Origin: Vampirovibrio chlorellavorus
GTDB taxonomy: Bacteria > Cyanobacteriota > Vampirovibrionia > Vampirovibrionales > Vampirovibrionaceae
Assembly: GCA_001858525.1 (NCBI GenBank)
Contig: LAPX01000009.1
Span: 3,922-67,921, forward strand
Reading direction: 5' to 3'
Length of the DNA: 64,000 nt
Part shown: piece after piece, positions 1 to 9,709 of the stretch
Layout of the letters: the number at the start of each line of letters is the position of its first letter
Position numbering within the stretch: position 1 is the first letter of the stretch
Program-made: the position numbers and the translations under genes
The notes under the pieces: generated by a model
Database searches by the model: none
Seen by the model: only the letters and a program-made list of their open reading frames with translations
Told to the model about the DNA's origin: nothing

Positions 1-900
1 TCGGGTTTTGAGTCTGGATTCCATTTGCTCTAAAGCCCAATGCAGGTGATCTTTGGATTGGTGAGAATAGCGAAACACCATTTGAATGCTCCGATGCCCT
101 GAAAAGCGCTGTACGGTGGGTAAATCCACCCCAGCCTGAACCAGGTGGGTGATGGCGGTATGGCGGAGGGTATGACGGCAGACCTGGTATCGATCCAGCC
201 CAGCGGCGGTGACGACTCGATAAAAGGGTTTCTCAATTTCTTCTCGATGTCCACTGATAGAGCGATTGGCCGGAAAAAGATAGGTCTGTCCCGGCTTGGT
301 TTGATACTGGAGATAGTGGGTGAGATAAGTGGTTAATCCGGCGGTCATGGGTTGCATGCGGGCGCCGCATTTGGCTTTGGGAATAAAGATTTCCTGTCGG
401 GCGCAATTAATATCTTCAATTTTGATAGAAAGAATCTCGGTTCGCCGCATGGCCGTTCCCAAGGCGATGCGGATGAAAGGTTCAATGACAGGGCACTCGT
501 CTTTTTGAGCGGCTTCAAGTAAAGCCTCGATTTCCCCGGCGTCCAGATAGCGGGTGCGGATGTTGTTTTCCCCGTATTTCACCACCCGGCAAGGCACTTT
601 CACCAGCCAATCCCATTCCACTGCCTTGTGGAAGAGTTGCGAGATCACGGCCAAGTATCTGTTAACGGTCGATTCCTTCAGCCCTTGGGCTAACAGATGA
701 CGCTTGAACCGTTCGATTTCAAACCGGTTGATTTCTGAAAGCGGCATATCCCCGAAATACGGGACAATCTGCTGCTCCAGCTTCTTTTTCTTGTCCGGGA
801 TGTTGCGTCCGTTCTCAAGCTCCAGGTTCTCCAAGTATTGTTCCGCTGCGTCCGTAAAGGTGGTGGGATGCATTTTCGAGTTTCCTCCGCTTGCTGACAT
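1..900 (-). CDS. Tyrosine recombinase/phage integrase, 3' end runs off the window
   Basis: Manual minus-strand translation from ATG at 900 is open to base 1: ...STVNRYLAVISQLF...ALGTAMRRTEIL...PKAK...CRHTLRHTAITHLVQAGVDLPTVQRFSGHRSIQMVFRYSH. All R-K-H-R-H-Y catalytic motifs are present. Absent from the ORF track because there is no stop in the window. Confidence 0.93.
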   Translation of the reverse strand, partial: MSASGGNSKMHPTTFTDAAEQYLENLELENGRNIPDKKKKLEQQIVPYFGDMPLSEINRFEIERFKRHLLAQGLKESTVNRYLAVISQLFHKAVEWDWLVKVPCRVVKYGENNIRTRYLDAGEIEALLEAAQKDECPVIEPFIRIALGTAMRRTEILSIKIEDINCARQEIFIPKAKCGARMQPMTAGLTTYLTHYLQYQTKPGQTYLFPANRSISGHREEIEKPFYRVVTAAGLDRYQVCRHTLRHTAITHLVQAGVDLPTVQRFSGHRSIQMVFRYSHQSKDHLHWALEQMESRLKTR

Positions 901-999
901 GAGGAATCGTGGCGGAGCGGAGGATTTTACGGAGCTGATCCCGAAGCAATCCTTACAAATCCTTGCGCACTACGGGGATAGCGGGGAAAGTCAGGCATT

Positions 1000-1026
1000 A
1001 AAAAACCCGCTACCTTGATAGCGGGT
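1000..1026 (-). terminator. Rho-independent terminator downstream of tRNA-Phe
   Basis: ACCCGCTA-ccttga-TAGCGGGT hairpin followed by a T-run on the minus strand. Confidence 0.6.
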
Positions 1027-1063
1027 CCAAATTTTTGAGCGATATACAAAATATGTAAAAAAG

Positions 1064-1139
<76 letters not shown>

Positions 1140-1159
1140 TTGCAATCGAGAACAAGGCT

Positions 1160-1188
1160 ATTAACTCCTAAAGACGGATACCTGTCAA
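1160..1188 (-). promoter_or_regulatory. Sigma70-like promoter of the tRNA
   Basis: TTGACA-17 nt-GTTAAT about 20 nt upstream of the tRNA 5' end. Confidence 0.5.
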
Positions 1189-1345
1189 GTCGACCTGCTC
1201 ATCTGAACGGCCAACTGATTTCTAACCGAGCCTTTCGCGTTAAAAAGCGCTAACAATAGCCCCATAGGGCGCTTTCATCTGCTAGTTGTCTGTGTGGTAT
1301 AGTAATAAAAACGGTTGTGATGGGTAAAAAAACTTGGGGGACATA

Positions 1346-1555
1346 ATGGAAGTGATGATTCTGCTGGCTTTGCCGTTGATTTTTTTATACATGCTGCCAA
1401 CCTGGGTGGCGCTGAGTTTCCGGCACCGGCATTTACCAGCATTAGCCACCTTGAATTTTCTGGCAGGCTGGAGTGTGGCCGGTTGGTTAGTTGCGTTGAT
1501 CTGGGCGCTGTGCCCGATGGCGCATGACAAGTACCAGCTATCACTCCATAGTTAA
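1346..1555 (+). CDS. Superinfection immunity protein (T4 Imm-like family)
   Basis: YMLPTWVA..RH...LATLNFLAGWSVAGWLVALIWA matches the Imm_superinfect pattern; small membrane protein. Confidence 0.8.
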   Translation: MEVMILLALPLIFLYMLPTWVALSFRHRHLPALATLNFLAGWSVAGWLVALIWALCPMAHDKYQLSLHS

Positions 1556-1568
1556 CTCGGTAATGCTT

Positions 1569-2609
1569 CTATGCCTCAGAAGATGACCCTGCGTCTTCCG
1601 GGTCTTCGTTGCTTGGCAAGGGGAAAAGCTTTCGTACCAGCGTGATTAGCAAAAAAGCCAGCAGGAACATAACTGCCAGCGAAGCGATATAAATGGGCAG
1701 GTAGTTCACATACCACACGGAAATCAGCCCACCGACCACGCACAAACTGTAAAGGTAGGTCACTGTGCGAATCTGTCCCATGCCTGCCTTTAAAAACTGA
1801 TGATGGATGTGATCGGCATCCGCCAAAAAGGGATTTTTACCCCGAAGCAGCCGCCGGAACACCGAATAGGTAATGTCCAGAATGGGGACACTCAACACGA
1901 AAATGGGCAGTAACATTACCGCTACTTTGGTTTTTAAAACCCCGGTAACGGCTATACAAGCCAGTAAAAATCCGCAAAACAAGGCCCCACTGTCACCCAT
2001 AAAAATACGGGCCGGATGAAAATTGTAAACCAGAAAGCCCAGGCTTGATCCAGCCAACAATGCTGCCAACAAAGCGGAGGAGGGCTGGTTGGTGAATAAA
2101 GCCACCACCGTCAGCGTTAAGGCTGATAACGTGGTGACTCCAGCGGCAAGCCCGTCGATACCATCAATAAAATTCATGGCGTTCATCAGGCCCACCAGCC
2201 AAATCACGGTCACCGGCAAACTGAGAGCATTGAGGACCAACAGTTGCGCGCCCGGTAAATCCAGATTGTTGATTTGAATCCCCAAAAAGAATGCGGTCAG
2301 AGCGGCAATGAACTGAATGGCCAGCTTCAGGTAAGGCGATAGATTGAAAAGATCATCCAGCAGCCCCAATAAAAAAACGATGGTACCCCCCGCCAGAATA
2401 CCGAGCAATGCGTTGTGCAGCTCCGGTCTCCAGCCCAGCATAACAATGGCCCCCAGAGACAACATAAAAGCTAGCCAGATGGCAATGCCGCCCAGTCGCG
2501 GGATTGGGTACTTGTGAATCTTTCTGGCCCCGGGCGCATCGTAGTAACCGGCCGAAATGGCCTGCTTCCGCACAATCGGAACCAGAATGAAGCTGACCAT
2601 TAAGGCCAC
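1569..2609 (-). CDS. wecA: Undecaprenyl-phosphate GlcNAc-1-phosphate transferase (WecA/TagO, MraY family); true start may be somewhat upstream
   Basis: HKYPIPRLGG, LLDD, NAMNFIDGIDGLA, FMGDSG, DHIHH motifs; multi-TM. Confidence 0.85.
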   Translation of the reverse strand: MALMVSFILVPIVRKQAISAGYYDAPGARKIHKYPIPRLGGIAIWLAFMLSLGAIVMLGWRPELHNALLGILAGGTIVFLLGLLDDLFNLSPYLKLAIQFIAALTAFFLGIQINNLDLPGAQLLVLNALSLPVTVIWLVGLMNAMNFIDGIDGLAAGVTTLSALTLTVVALFTNQPSSALLAALLAGSSLGFLVYNFHPARIFMGDSGALFCGFLLACIAVTGVLKTKVAVMLLPIFVLSVPILDITYSVFRRLLRGKNPFLADADHIHHQFLKAGMGQIRTVTYLYSLCVVGGLISVWYVNYLPIYIASLAVMFLLAFLLITLVRKLFPLPSNEDPEDAGSSSEA

Positions 2610-2658
2610 GATAAAACCAATCGCATCGATTAAGAAGGGCGAGTTGGTATCTTCCAGC

Positions 2659-3939
2659 TTAATGATGGCTGAGCGCCTCCCGTTTCAGGTTTGTTCCCAG
2701 TTCCGGATACAGGGGAAACTGTTGACTCAAAGCCTGTACTTCCTTAACCAGAGTCTCTATATTTTCACCCTTTTTCAGCGCTTCGGCAATAATTTGTCCC
2801 AATTTGCGCATGGCTGCCTCATCAAAGCCCCGGCTGGTCAGGGCAGGCGTGCCCAAACGAATACCACTGGTGATGAAAGGCGACTGGGGATCGTTGGGAA
2901 TGGTGTTTTTATTGGCCGTGATATGAATCTCTTCCAGCAAGTTTTGTGCCGCTTTGCCCGTCAGGTTGACGTTGCGCAAATCCAGCATCATCAAGTGATT
3001 GTCGGTACCGCCGCTCACAATATTAATGCCGTTCCCCATCAGAGATTCGGCCAGAGCCTTGGCATTGGCGATGACTTGCTTGGAGTAGACCTTAAATTCA
3101 GGAGACAGTGCCTCTTTAAAGGCCACCGCCTTGGCCGCAATGACGTGCATCAGCGGACCACCTTGAATGCCGGGGAATACGGCCTTGTCCACGGCCTTGG
3201 CAAAGTCGGCCTGACACAAGATGAGGCCGCCACGAGGGCCACGCAGCGTCTTATGAGTGGTGGTGGTGACAAACTGGCAGTGCGGAATCGGGCTGGGATG
3301 CAAGCCACTGACCACCAAACCGGCGATGTGGGCAATATCGGCCAGCAACAGAGCGCCCACTTCATCGGCAATGGACCGGAATTTGGCAAAATCAATGACG
3401 CGGGAGTAAGCGCTGGCCCCGCAGATGATCAGTTTGGGTTTTTCCCGTAAGGCAATTTCCCGAACATTGTCGTAGTCAATCATCCCGGTATCAGGATTAA
3501 CGCCGTAAGCTACCACCCGGAAAAACAGCCCGGAGAAGTTGACGGGCGAACCGTGGGTCAAGTGCCCGCCGTGAGACAGGTCCATACCCATGATGGTGTC
3601 GCCAGATTTTAATCCTGCGGCCAGAAACACGGCCATGTTGGCTTGAGCGCCACTGTGCGGTTGCACATTGGCGTGATCGGCCCCAAACAATTCCTTGGCC
3701 CGGGCAATGGCGATTTCCTCAGCGGTATCCACATGCTCACAGCCGCCATAGTAGCGTTTGCCGGGCAAGCCTTCAGCGTATTTGTTGGTCAGCACACTGC
3801 CCATGGCCTGCATGACCGCCAGACTGGTAAAGTTTTCGCTGGCAATCATTTCCAGGGTATTTTGCTCCCGGTGCAGCTCGTCCACAACGGTTTGATAAAT
3901 CTCGGGGTCGGTCTGCTGCAGCAAGTCGAGGTTCAGCAT
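2659..3939 (-). CDS. glyA: Serine hydroxymethyltransferase
   Basis: [33 protein letters not shown]. Confidence 0.98.
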   Translation of the reverse strand: MLNLDLLQQTDPEIYQTVVDELHREQNTLEMIASENFTSLAVMQAMGSVLTNKYAEGLPGKRYYGGCEHVDTAEEIAIARAKELFGADHANVQPHSGAQANMAVFLAAGLKSGDTIMGMDLSHGGHLTHGSPVNFSGLFFRVVAYGVNPDTGMIDYDNVREIALREKPKLIICGASAYSRVIDFAKFRSIADEVGALLLADIAHIAGLVVSGLHPSPIPHCQFVTTTTHKTLRGPRGGLILCQADFAKAVDKAVFPGIQGGPLMHVIAAKAVAFKEALSPEFKVYSKQVIANAKALAESLMGNGINIVSGGTDNHLMMLDLRNVNLTGKAAQNLLEEIHITANKNTIPNDPQSPFITSGIRLGTPALTSRGFDEAAMRKLGQIIAEALKKGENIETLVKEVQALSQQFPLYPELGTNLKREALSHH

Positions 3940-4460
3940 GATGGCATCTCCTTTGGAACGCTGTTAGAAGCGTTCATTCTCGTATTATCAAACTTTTTAA
4001 TATCAATCTGGGGGTCACTCATCATATCCACCCGTTTTTGATGACGGCCACCGTCAAAAGGCGTTTCCAGCCATTCATCGATGAGTGTAAAAGCCAATTC
4101 AGCGGCCAGAACCCGTGCGCCCAGGCAAAGCACGTTGCTATCATTGTGGCGACGGCTCAGAATAGCCGTATTATGGTCGTGGGCCTCAGTCGCCCGAATC
4201 CAGGGGTAACGGTTGGCGGCAATGCAGACCCCAATACCACTGCCACAGCACAAAATGCCGTAATGGGTCTGCTCAGGAGCCTCTTGCTGGATGCATTGCA
4301 CGGCCTGGGCCAGCTGGGCGGAAATGCTCGGGTAATCAACCGAGTCCCCATTGTGACAACCGATGTCAATAATCTCAAACCCTTTGCCGCGTAAATGTTC
4401 AGCGATTTTTTCCTTCAGGGGAAAGCCGGCATGATCGGAACCCAGAACCAGTTTTTTCAT
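3933..4460 (-). CDS. rpiB: Ribose-5-phosphate isomerase B
   Basis: [31 protein letters not shown]. Confidence 0.95.
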   Translation of the reverse strand: MKKLVLGSDHAGFPLKEKIAEHLRGKGFEIIDIGCHNGDSVDYPSISAQLAQAVQCIQQEAPEQTHYGILCCGSGIGVCIAANRYPWIRATEAHDHNTAILSRRHNDSNVLCLGARVLAAELAFTLIDEWLETPFDGGRHQKRVDMMSDPQIDIKKFDNTRMNASNSVPKEMPSC

Positions 4461-4521
4461 GTAAATCTAGCGACCTTTATGTGCAACCGATGGCAATAGG
4501 TGGGGGAAACCTGAAACGCCG

Positions 4522-5100
4522 TTAGTCTAACACAATAGCCCCACTTCTTAAAAGTTGTATCTCATCATTGGGCTTAACCCAAACCACGGTAGGGGCCACA
4601 CTTTCCAGAATCTCCACGTCCCCATGCACCACAAAATCGACATCATCCCCAAAAGTGTTGTAAACCGCAGTGGCCTCTCTGGCCGGAGGGTCTGTGCCAC
4701 GAGCGGCTCCCAAAGTTAACAGCAATCCGGTGGGGTTGAGTGACAACAAGTCCAGTAGCATGGCATTGTCCGGTTGCATGATTTTGAGGGAGCACAACGG
4801 GCTGAATTCTTCCGGCAATTGTTTACATTTTTCCAGCAAAATAATCAGCGGTCCCGGCCAGTGCTGCCGGATGAGCCGCTCGGCCTCAGTGGGCAATGGC
4901 GCAATAAAGGGATCGAACGCTGGTAAATCCCATCCCATAAGTAATAAAGGTTCTGAGTGTCCCTTGAGGCGGTAAAGGCGTTCCAGGGCGGCCGGGCGAT
5001 CCGGCCTGACTGCCAGAATATAGCCCTCCGGGCCGGGCAGCGCAATCAGTCCGTCCGGCTTTTCCAAATAAGACAAGGCATTCAGCAAAGTCAAATCCAT
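4522..5100 (-). CDS. YrdC/Sua5 (TsaC)-fold protein with degenerate motifs
   Basis: RLYRLKG..PL, HWPGPL, PTVV..LLRSG; syntenic with rpiB-glyA. Confidence 0.75.
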   Translation of the reverse strand: MDLTLLNALSYLEKPDGLIALPGPEGYILAVRPDRPAALERLYRLKGHSEPLLLMGWDLPAFDPFIAPLPTEAERLIRQHWPGPLIILLEKCKQLPEEFSPLCSLKIMQPDNAMLLDLLSLNPTGLLLTLGAARGTDPPAREATAVYNTFGDDVDFVVHGDVEILESVAPTVVWVKPNDEIQLLRSGAIVLD

Positions 5101-5335
5101 ACTCTTATTTTACCCTTGTTGGGCAAAGCCAAACGGGTGAAGGGGCATGACATTTAATAGGAAATGAGTAGGTCGCACTAAATACGTGCTTTTCGGCGTT
5201 AAATGGGTTGGTGGCGGGTTGTTCCACACCCATTCTACGAACGGCCCTTAAAGGGCGGGGCTTAACAAAATCCCGATTTTTCCGTAGCATAGAGCTATTG
5301 ATTGTGATTATTACGCGTTGCGCAGAGAGTTCCCA

Positions 5336-6349
5336 ATGTCCGAGAAAACCAGGTTATTGATTACCGGCGGCTGTGGCTTTATTGGCAGCTGGTTGATTCG
5401 TCACTTGCTTCAACAGCATGCCGATATCCAGATTACCAACCTGGATTTACTGACCTATGCGGGCAATCCGGACAACCTGAAATCAGTGGCGTCCGATGAG
5501 CGGTACCGATTTGTGCAGGGTGATATTTGCGATGAAGCGTTGGTGTCTCGCCTGATGGCAGAGACCGATGTTTGCGTGAACGTGGCGGCCCAAACCCATG
5601 TGGACCGCAGTATTAGCGGGCCCAGCGAGTTTATTCGCACCAATGTGTGGGGCACACAAGTCCTCCTGGAAGCGGCCAGACTGCGGGCCGTCCAGAAGTT
5701 CGTGCAGGTTTCCACCGATGAGGTGTATGGCAGCATCGAAGGCACGGCCAAGTTTACCGAAGCCTCGCCGCTAGAGCCCAGCAGCCCTTACTCCTCCAGC
5801 AAGGCAGCCGCCGATCTCATCGCCCTTAGCTATTGGAAAACCTACCAGATGCCGGTTTGCGTGACCCGTTGTACCAACAACTACGGCCCCAACCAGTACC
5901 CGGAGAAGTTGATTCCCCTGTTTATCCTGAACGCCTCGGAGAACAAGCAGGTGCCCGTTTACGGGGATGGCTTGAACGTGCGGGACTGGATTCACGTCAA
6001 GGATCACAGCGCCGGGGTGGCCCGGGTGATTTGGGACGGTCGTCCCGGGGAAGTGTACAACCTTGGTTCGGGCAATGAACTGAACAACCTGCAAATCACG
6101 GGCCTCATTCTCAAGGCATTGGGCAAAGATGAGAGCCTGATTCGTTTTGTCACTGACCGACCGGGGCACGATCGGCGCTATGCGCTGGATTCTGGAAAAA
6201 TCGAGCGAGTGTTGGGCTGGAAAGCACAAATTCCTTTTGAGCAAGGTATGGCGGAAACAGTGCAATGGTACCTGGATAATCCCCAATGGGTGGCCAATGT
6301 GCGCCAGCGGGAACCGCAAAGTCCCTTTGCCAGCGCTGCTGCTCAGTAG
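5336..6349 (+). CDS. rfbB: dTDP-glucose 4,6-dehydratase
   Basis: ITGGCGFIG, THVDRSI, STDEVYG, YSSSK, NNYGPNQYPEKLIP, DRPGHDRRY. Confidence 0.96.
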   Translation: MSEKTRLLITGGCGFIGSWLIRHLLQQHADIQITNLDLLTYAGNPDNLKSVASDERYRFVQGDICDEALVSRLMAETDVCVNVAAQTHVDRSISGPSEFIRTNVWGTQVLLEAARLRAVQKFVQVSTDEVYGSIEGTAKFTEASPLEPSSPYSSSKAAADLIALSYWKTYQMPVCVTRCTNNYGPNQYPEKLIPLFILNASENKQVPVYGDGLNVRDWIHVKDHSAGVARVIWDGRPGEVYNLGSGNELNNLQITGLILKALGKDESLIRFVTDRPGHDRRYALDSGKIERVLGWKAQIPFEQGMAETVQWYLDNPQWVANVRQREPQSPFASAAAQ

Positions 6350-6382
6350 CCGATGACCATTCTGTGAAGGAACTGATGCGTT

Positions 6383-7240
6383 ATGGGTTTTAAGAACATT
6401 GTGGTGGTTGGTGCTGCCGGGATGCTGGGCCAGGAATTGGTCACTCACCTGCGTGGGAAAGGCTATCAAGTGTTTCCCACCACCAGCGAGACCCTAAATT
6501 TGTTGGTCACCGAAGAGGAGATGAAGGAAAAGCTGGAGCCTTTCCAGCCGGAAGTGGTCATTCAATGTGCCGCCTTCACCAATGTGGACGCATGCGAAAG
6601 AGATCCAGACATGGCGATGGCTATCAATAAGGACGGAACAAACAAACTGGGCTTGGCCAGTCAGCATTTGGGCGCCATTTTCGCCTACATTAGCACCGAT
6701 TACGTGTTTGACGGCCTGAAGTCCGAGCCTTATTTACCGGGTGATCGACCCAACCCCATTAACACTTACGGCTTGTCCAAGTACTATGGCGAGTTACTGA
6801 CCTCTGAGCAACTGGAAGCGTATTACGTCATCCGCACCAGTTGGCTGTTTGGCATCCATCGCAACAACTTTGTGCAATGGGTGATGGATCAGGCACGTCA
6901 GGGGAAAGAAGTGAAGGCCGCCGAGGACTGGGTGGGCACTCCCACCTGGACTGGAAATCTGGCCGTGGCCATTGAAACCATCATCAATTCCGGGCAATAT
7001 GGCGTGCACCATGCCGCCGATGCCGGGGCCATTTCCCGGTACGAGCAAGCTTTGCACATTTGCCGGATGGCGGGCCTGCCCACCGATAGCATTCGTCGGG
7101 TCCATAGCAGTGAGCTTGGATTGCCTGCTAATCGTCCTCAGTACACCCCGCTGGCCTGTCCGGACTTGGCTGTTCCGTCCTGGGAAACCGGGTTTCAGGC
7201 TTATTTATCCCAGTATCAGCAACAAACAAGGGTATTGTGA
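6383..7240 (+). CDS. rfbD: dTDP-4-dehydrorhamnose reductase
   Basis: GAAGMLG, AAFTNVD, STDYVFDG, YGLSK, RTSWLFG. Confidence 0.93.
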   Translation: MGFKNIVVVGAAGMLGQELVTHLRGKGYQVFPTTSETLNLLVTEEEMKEKLEPFQPEVVIQCAAFTNVDACERDPDMAMAINKDGTNKLGLASQHLGAIFAYISTDYVFDGLKSEPYLPGDRPNPINTYGLSKYYGELLTSEQLEAYYVIRTSWLFGIHRNNFVQWVMDQARQGKEVKAAEDWVGTPTWTGNLAVAIETIINSGQYGVHHAADAGAISRYEQALHICRMAGLPTDSIRRVHSSELGLPANRPQYTPLACPDLAVPSWETGFQAYLSQYQQQTRVL

Positions 7241-8541
7241 ACCCCGCCATGAAAAAACGCGCCTCCGCTTCTTCTAAATCCACCAGCAAATCCGCCAGTG
7301 CCTCGTCCAAAAAGAAAAAAAGTGCGGGTAAACCGGCGAAGGCGGTGTCGTCTAAAGCGTCTACCAAAGGAAAATCCGGGAAGGCCCCCAAGAAACCCTC
7401 GGATTTGACCCCCAGAGTCCTGATTTCTGGGTATTACGGCTTTGATAACCTGGGCGATGAGCTGATTTTAAAAGTGCTGGTGGATGAGTTAAAGGAACGA
7501 GGCGTTAAAATTACCGTTCTGTCCCAGAACCCCAAGAAAACCGCCGCCCAATACGGGGTGGATGCCATCAAGCGCACCAGTTTTATCGATATTGTGGATG
7601 CCCTGGCCTCGGCCAACCTGTTCATCAGCGGTGGCGGGGGATTGTTCCAGGATGCCACCGGACCCATGAGCACGCTTTATTATGGTGGCCTGATTCATCT
7701 GGCTCGTTTTTTCGATGTGCCGGTGGTGTTTTGGGCCCAAGGCGTTGGCCCCCTGCGAAAGTCGCTTTCCAGAAAGATGACCGCTTCCGCTTTGCGTAAA
7801 TGCGAAAAAATTGCGGTGCGCGATGAAAAGAGTGCCCTGCTGGTGGCGGAACTCACCGGAGAAAAACCGGAGATTACCGCTGATCCGGTGTGGTTGCTCA
7901 GAAACGCTTTTACCAAGAGCCTCCCTAGCTTGCCTCCAACGGGCAAGTCTAAAAAATCATCCGAAACCCAGAATGCTGCCAGCTCCTGCGACGCCACGTC
8001 CTCCAAGGTGTGGACGGTGGGTATTTCTCTGCGGCCTTGGCACGAGCTGACCGCTGAACGCTTGAGTGCTTTGGCCGACTGCTTAAATGCCTTGGCCCAG
8101 CAACATGAAGATTCGGTTTGCTTCAAGCTGCTGCCCTTCCAGAAAAAAGAAGATACCGAGTTATTGGAAAACTTTGCCAAACAGCTGAAAGCAACCAGCC
8201 GGGTTTCGGTGACCATAGTTTCCCCAGAGGAGGTTCTGGAAAGCCTGGCCGGCTGCGATGTGGTATTGGGCATGCGATTCCATAGCCTGATTTTGGGCCT
8301 GCTGTTTAATGTTCCCGTCTATGGGCTGGTCTACGATCCCAAAGTGGCCTCTCTGCTGAGCATGTTTAACCTAAAGGGAACCACCATTGCCGGGCTTAAA
8401 GCCATTAGCCCCGATGCGGTCAAAGCGGCCTTTGATGATTATCCAAAGATAGACTTGAAACCCTTTCAGCAGCAATCCAGAAAAAACCTGACCCTTCTGG
8501 AGCGCTTACTGGATATTCCAGCGGCCAAGCTGGCCCTCTAG
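7237..8541 (+). CDS. csaB: Polysaccharide pyruvyl transferase CsaB with Lys/Ser-rich N-terminal tail
   Basis: ISGYYGFDNLGDE, GGGGLFQDAT, AQGVGP, VRDEKS, GMRFHSLI, YDPKV. Confidence 0.88.
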   Translation: MNPAMKKRASASSKSTSKSASASSKKKKSAGKPAKAVSSKASTKGKSGKAPKKPSDLTPRVLISGYYGFDNLGDELILKVLVDELKERGVKITVLSQNPKKTAAQYGVDAIKRTSFIDIVDALASANLFISGGGGLFQDATGPMSTLYYGGLIHLARFFDVPVVFWAQGVGPLRKSLSRKMTASALRKCEKIAVRDEKSALLVAELTGEKPEITADPVWLLRNAFTKSLPSLPPTGKSKKSSETQNAASSCDATSSKVWTVGISLRPWHELTAERLSALADCLNALAQQHEDSVCFKLLPFQKKEDTELLENFAKQLKATSRVSVTIVSPEEVLESLAGCDVVLGMRFHSLILGLLFNVPVYGLVYDPKVASLLSMFNLKGTTIAGLKAISPDAVKAAFDDYPKIDLKPFQQQSRKNLTLLERLLDIPAAKLAL

Positions 8542-8736
8542 GTAGAAGCGTCGCTTAATCCGACCTGGATGGCTGGTTCAGGCGGCTTTGTTTTGCTCGC
8601 ATCAACCCGCATCAAAGGGATTTGCGCCTAAAATAATTGCACATTCTGTGATTTTGAATTAATTTGGTAATGTTTGGTTCGTCACTTTCGATTTTTGGTT
8701 TGATGGGTCCTAAATTTTAAACGGGAATTTTTTGAG

Positions 8737-9225
8737 ATGATGGATTTTACGGGAGTTTCACTCTACCCGGTTGCGGATACTGCCGAGAAAAGAAAATCAG
8801 AGACGGTTAAGTCAGAGATGATGAAGGCCGATGCGTCCTCCCCTTTTATGAATCGCCCTGCGGTGAGTGCCCCGCAGACGACTGCCGTCAATCCATTTCA
8901 ATTCTATCAACCCCTTCAGCAGGATGCTTCCACCTTTCGTTTCAAGGAACCCCTGGCTCCCCCGAATCCCAATTTGCCGCAATCGGCCCAGACCCAAGTG
9001 ACGCCCTTGGGTTTGCTGCCTGCCAATTTGTCTCAACTGGTCAATGCCAATATGGAAAAGCTGGCCGGACAGATTATGAGCTTCTTTAACGGCAATCGTA
9101 AGCAGAAACCCAGTGAGGAAGAGCAGTTGAACCGACAGCTCAACGACGCCTTTGGCCTGGGTTTGTTTGGAGAAGTGGTTAAAGTGGAAGAAACCAGCAA
9201 AGGTCAAATGCAGGAAGGCGAATAG
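8737..9225 (+). CDS. Hypothetical protein (Pro/Gln-rich)
   Basis: Fills the gap between csaB and a convergent gene; no recognisable family. Confidence 0.55.
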   Translation: MMDFTGVSLYPVADTAEKRKSETVKSEMMKADASSPFMNRPAVSAPQTTAVNPFQFYQPLQQDASTFRFKEPLAPPNPNLPQSAQTQVTPLGLLPANLSQLVNANMEKLAGQIMSFFNGNRKQKPSEEEQLNRQLNDAFGLGLFGEVVKVEETSKGQMQEGE

Positions 9226-9263
9226 CCCCCAGACGGCCCACTCCAGCGCGCATGGCTGATGAA

Positions 9264-9647
9264 CTAAAGCTTGGAGACCACAAAGAAGCTGGTCACGTAA
9301 TTTAAAAGGCGGCAGGCCAGAAATAACAGGCCCGCGTTCTTGTGGAAAACCCGGCTCACTTCCCGCCCTTTGGCCAAGCGTATGCCGGTGCCGATTTGAA
9401 CAAAGTACAAAACCAGCATGAAGGCGGACACCATAACGTGAAAGTAAAGCAGGCCTTCATCTGCGCCAGTGCTAATATTTTTTTGCAAGGTGGCAATGGC
9501 CTGTCGGCTTAATTCGATGTAGAGCAACAGCCCAAAATCAATGAGAAAGGCCAAACTCATCAGCGGGATATGAACGGCCCGCTGCTTCTTGAACTTCCAG
9601 CCAACCAAAATTAGCAGTACTGCCAGTGTGGAAATCGCTATCAACAT
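9264..9647 (-). CDS. DUF420-like membrane protein
   Basis: Four TM helices with conserved His (HIPLM, YFHV, FHK). Confidence 0.65.
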   Translation of the reverse strand: MLIAISTLAVLLILVGWKFKKQRAVHIPLMSLAFLIDFGLLLYIELSRQAIATLQKNISTGADEGLLYFHVMVSAFMLVLYFVQIGTGIRLAKGREVSRVFHKNAGLLFLACRLLNYVTSFFVVSKL

Positions 9648-9709
9648 AGTGGCATTCTAGGGGAAGCGTTGTATATCCGCAAGTCAGTCCGGGATTTTGC
9701 TTTTCAGGA

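Larger units (their letters stand above)
1..1063 (-). mobile_element. Probable end of an integrative element/prophage inserted at the tRNA-Phe 3' end
   Basis: Integrase lies directly downstream of the tRNA 3' end. The second att copy would lie outside the window. Confidence 0.65.

Noticed and set aside
2557-3450. 297-aa plus-strand ORF
   Set aside because: Antisense shadow of glyA; no family motifs.
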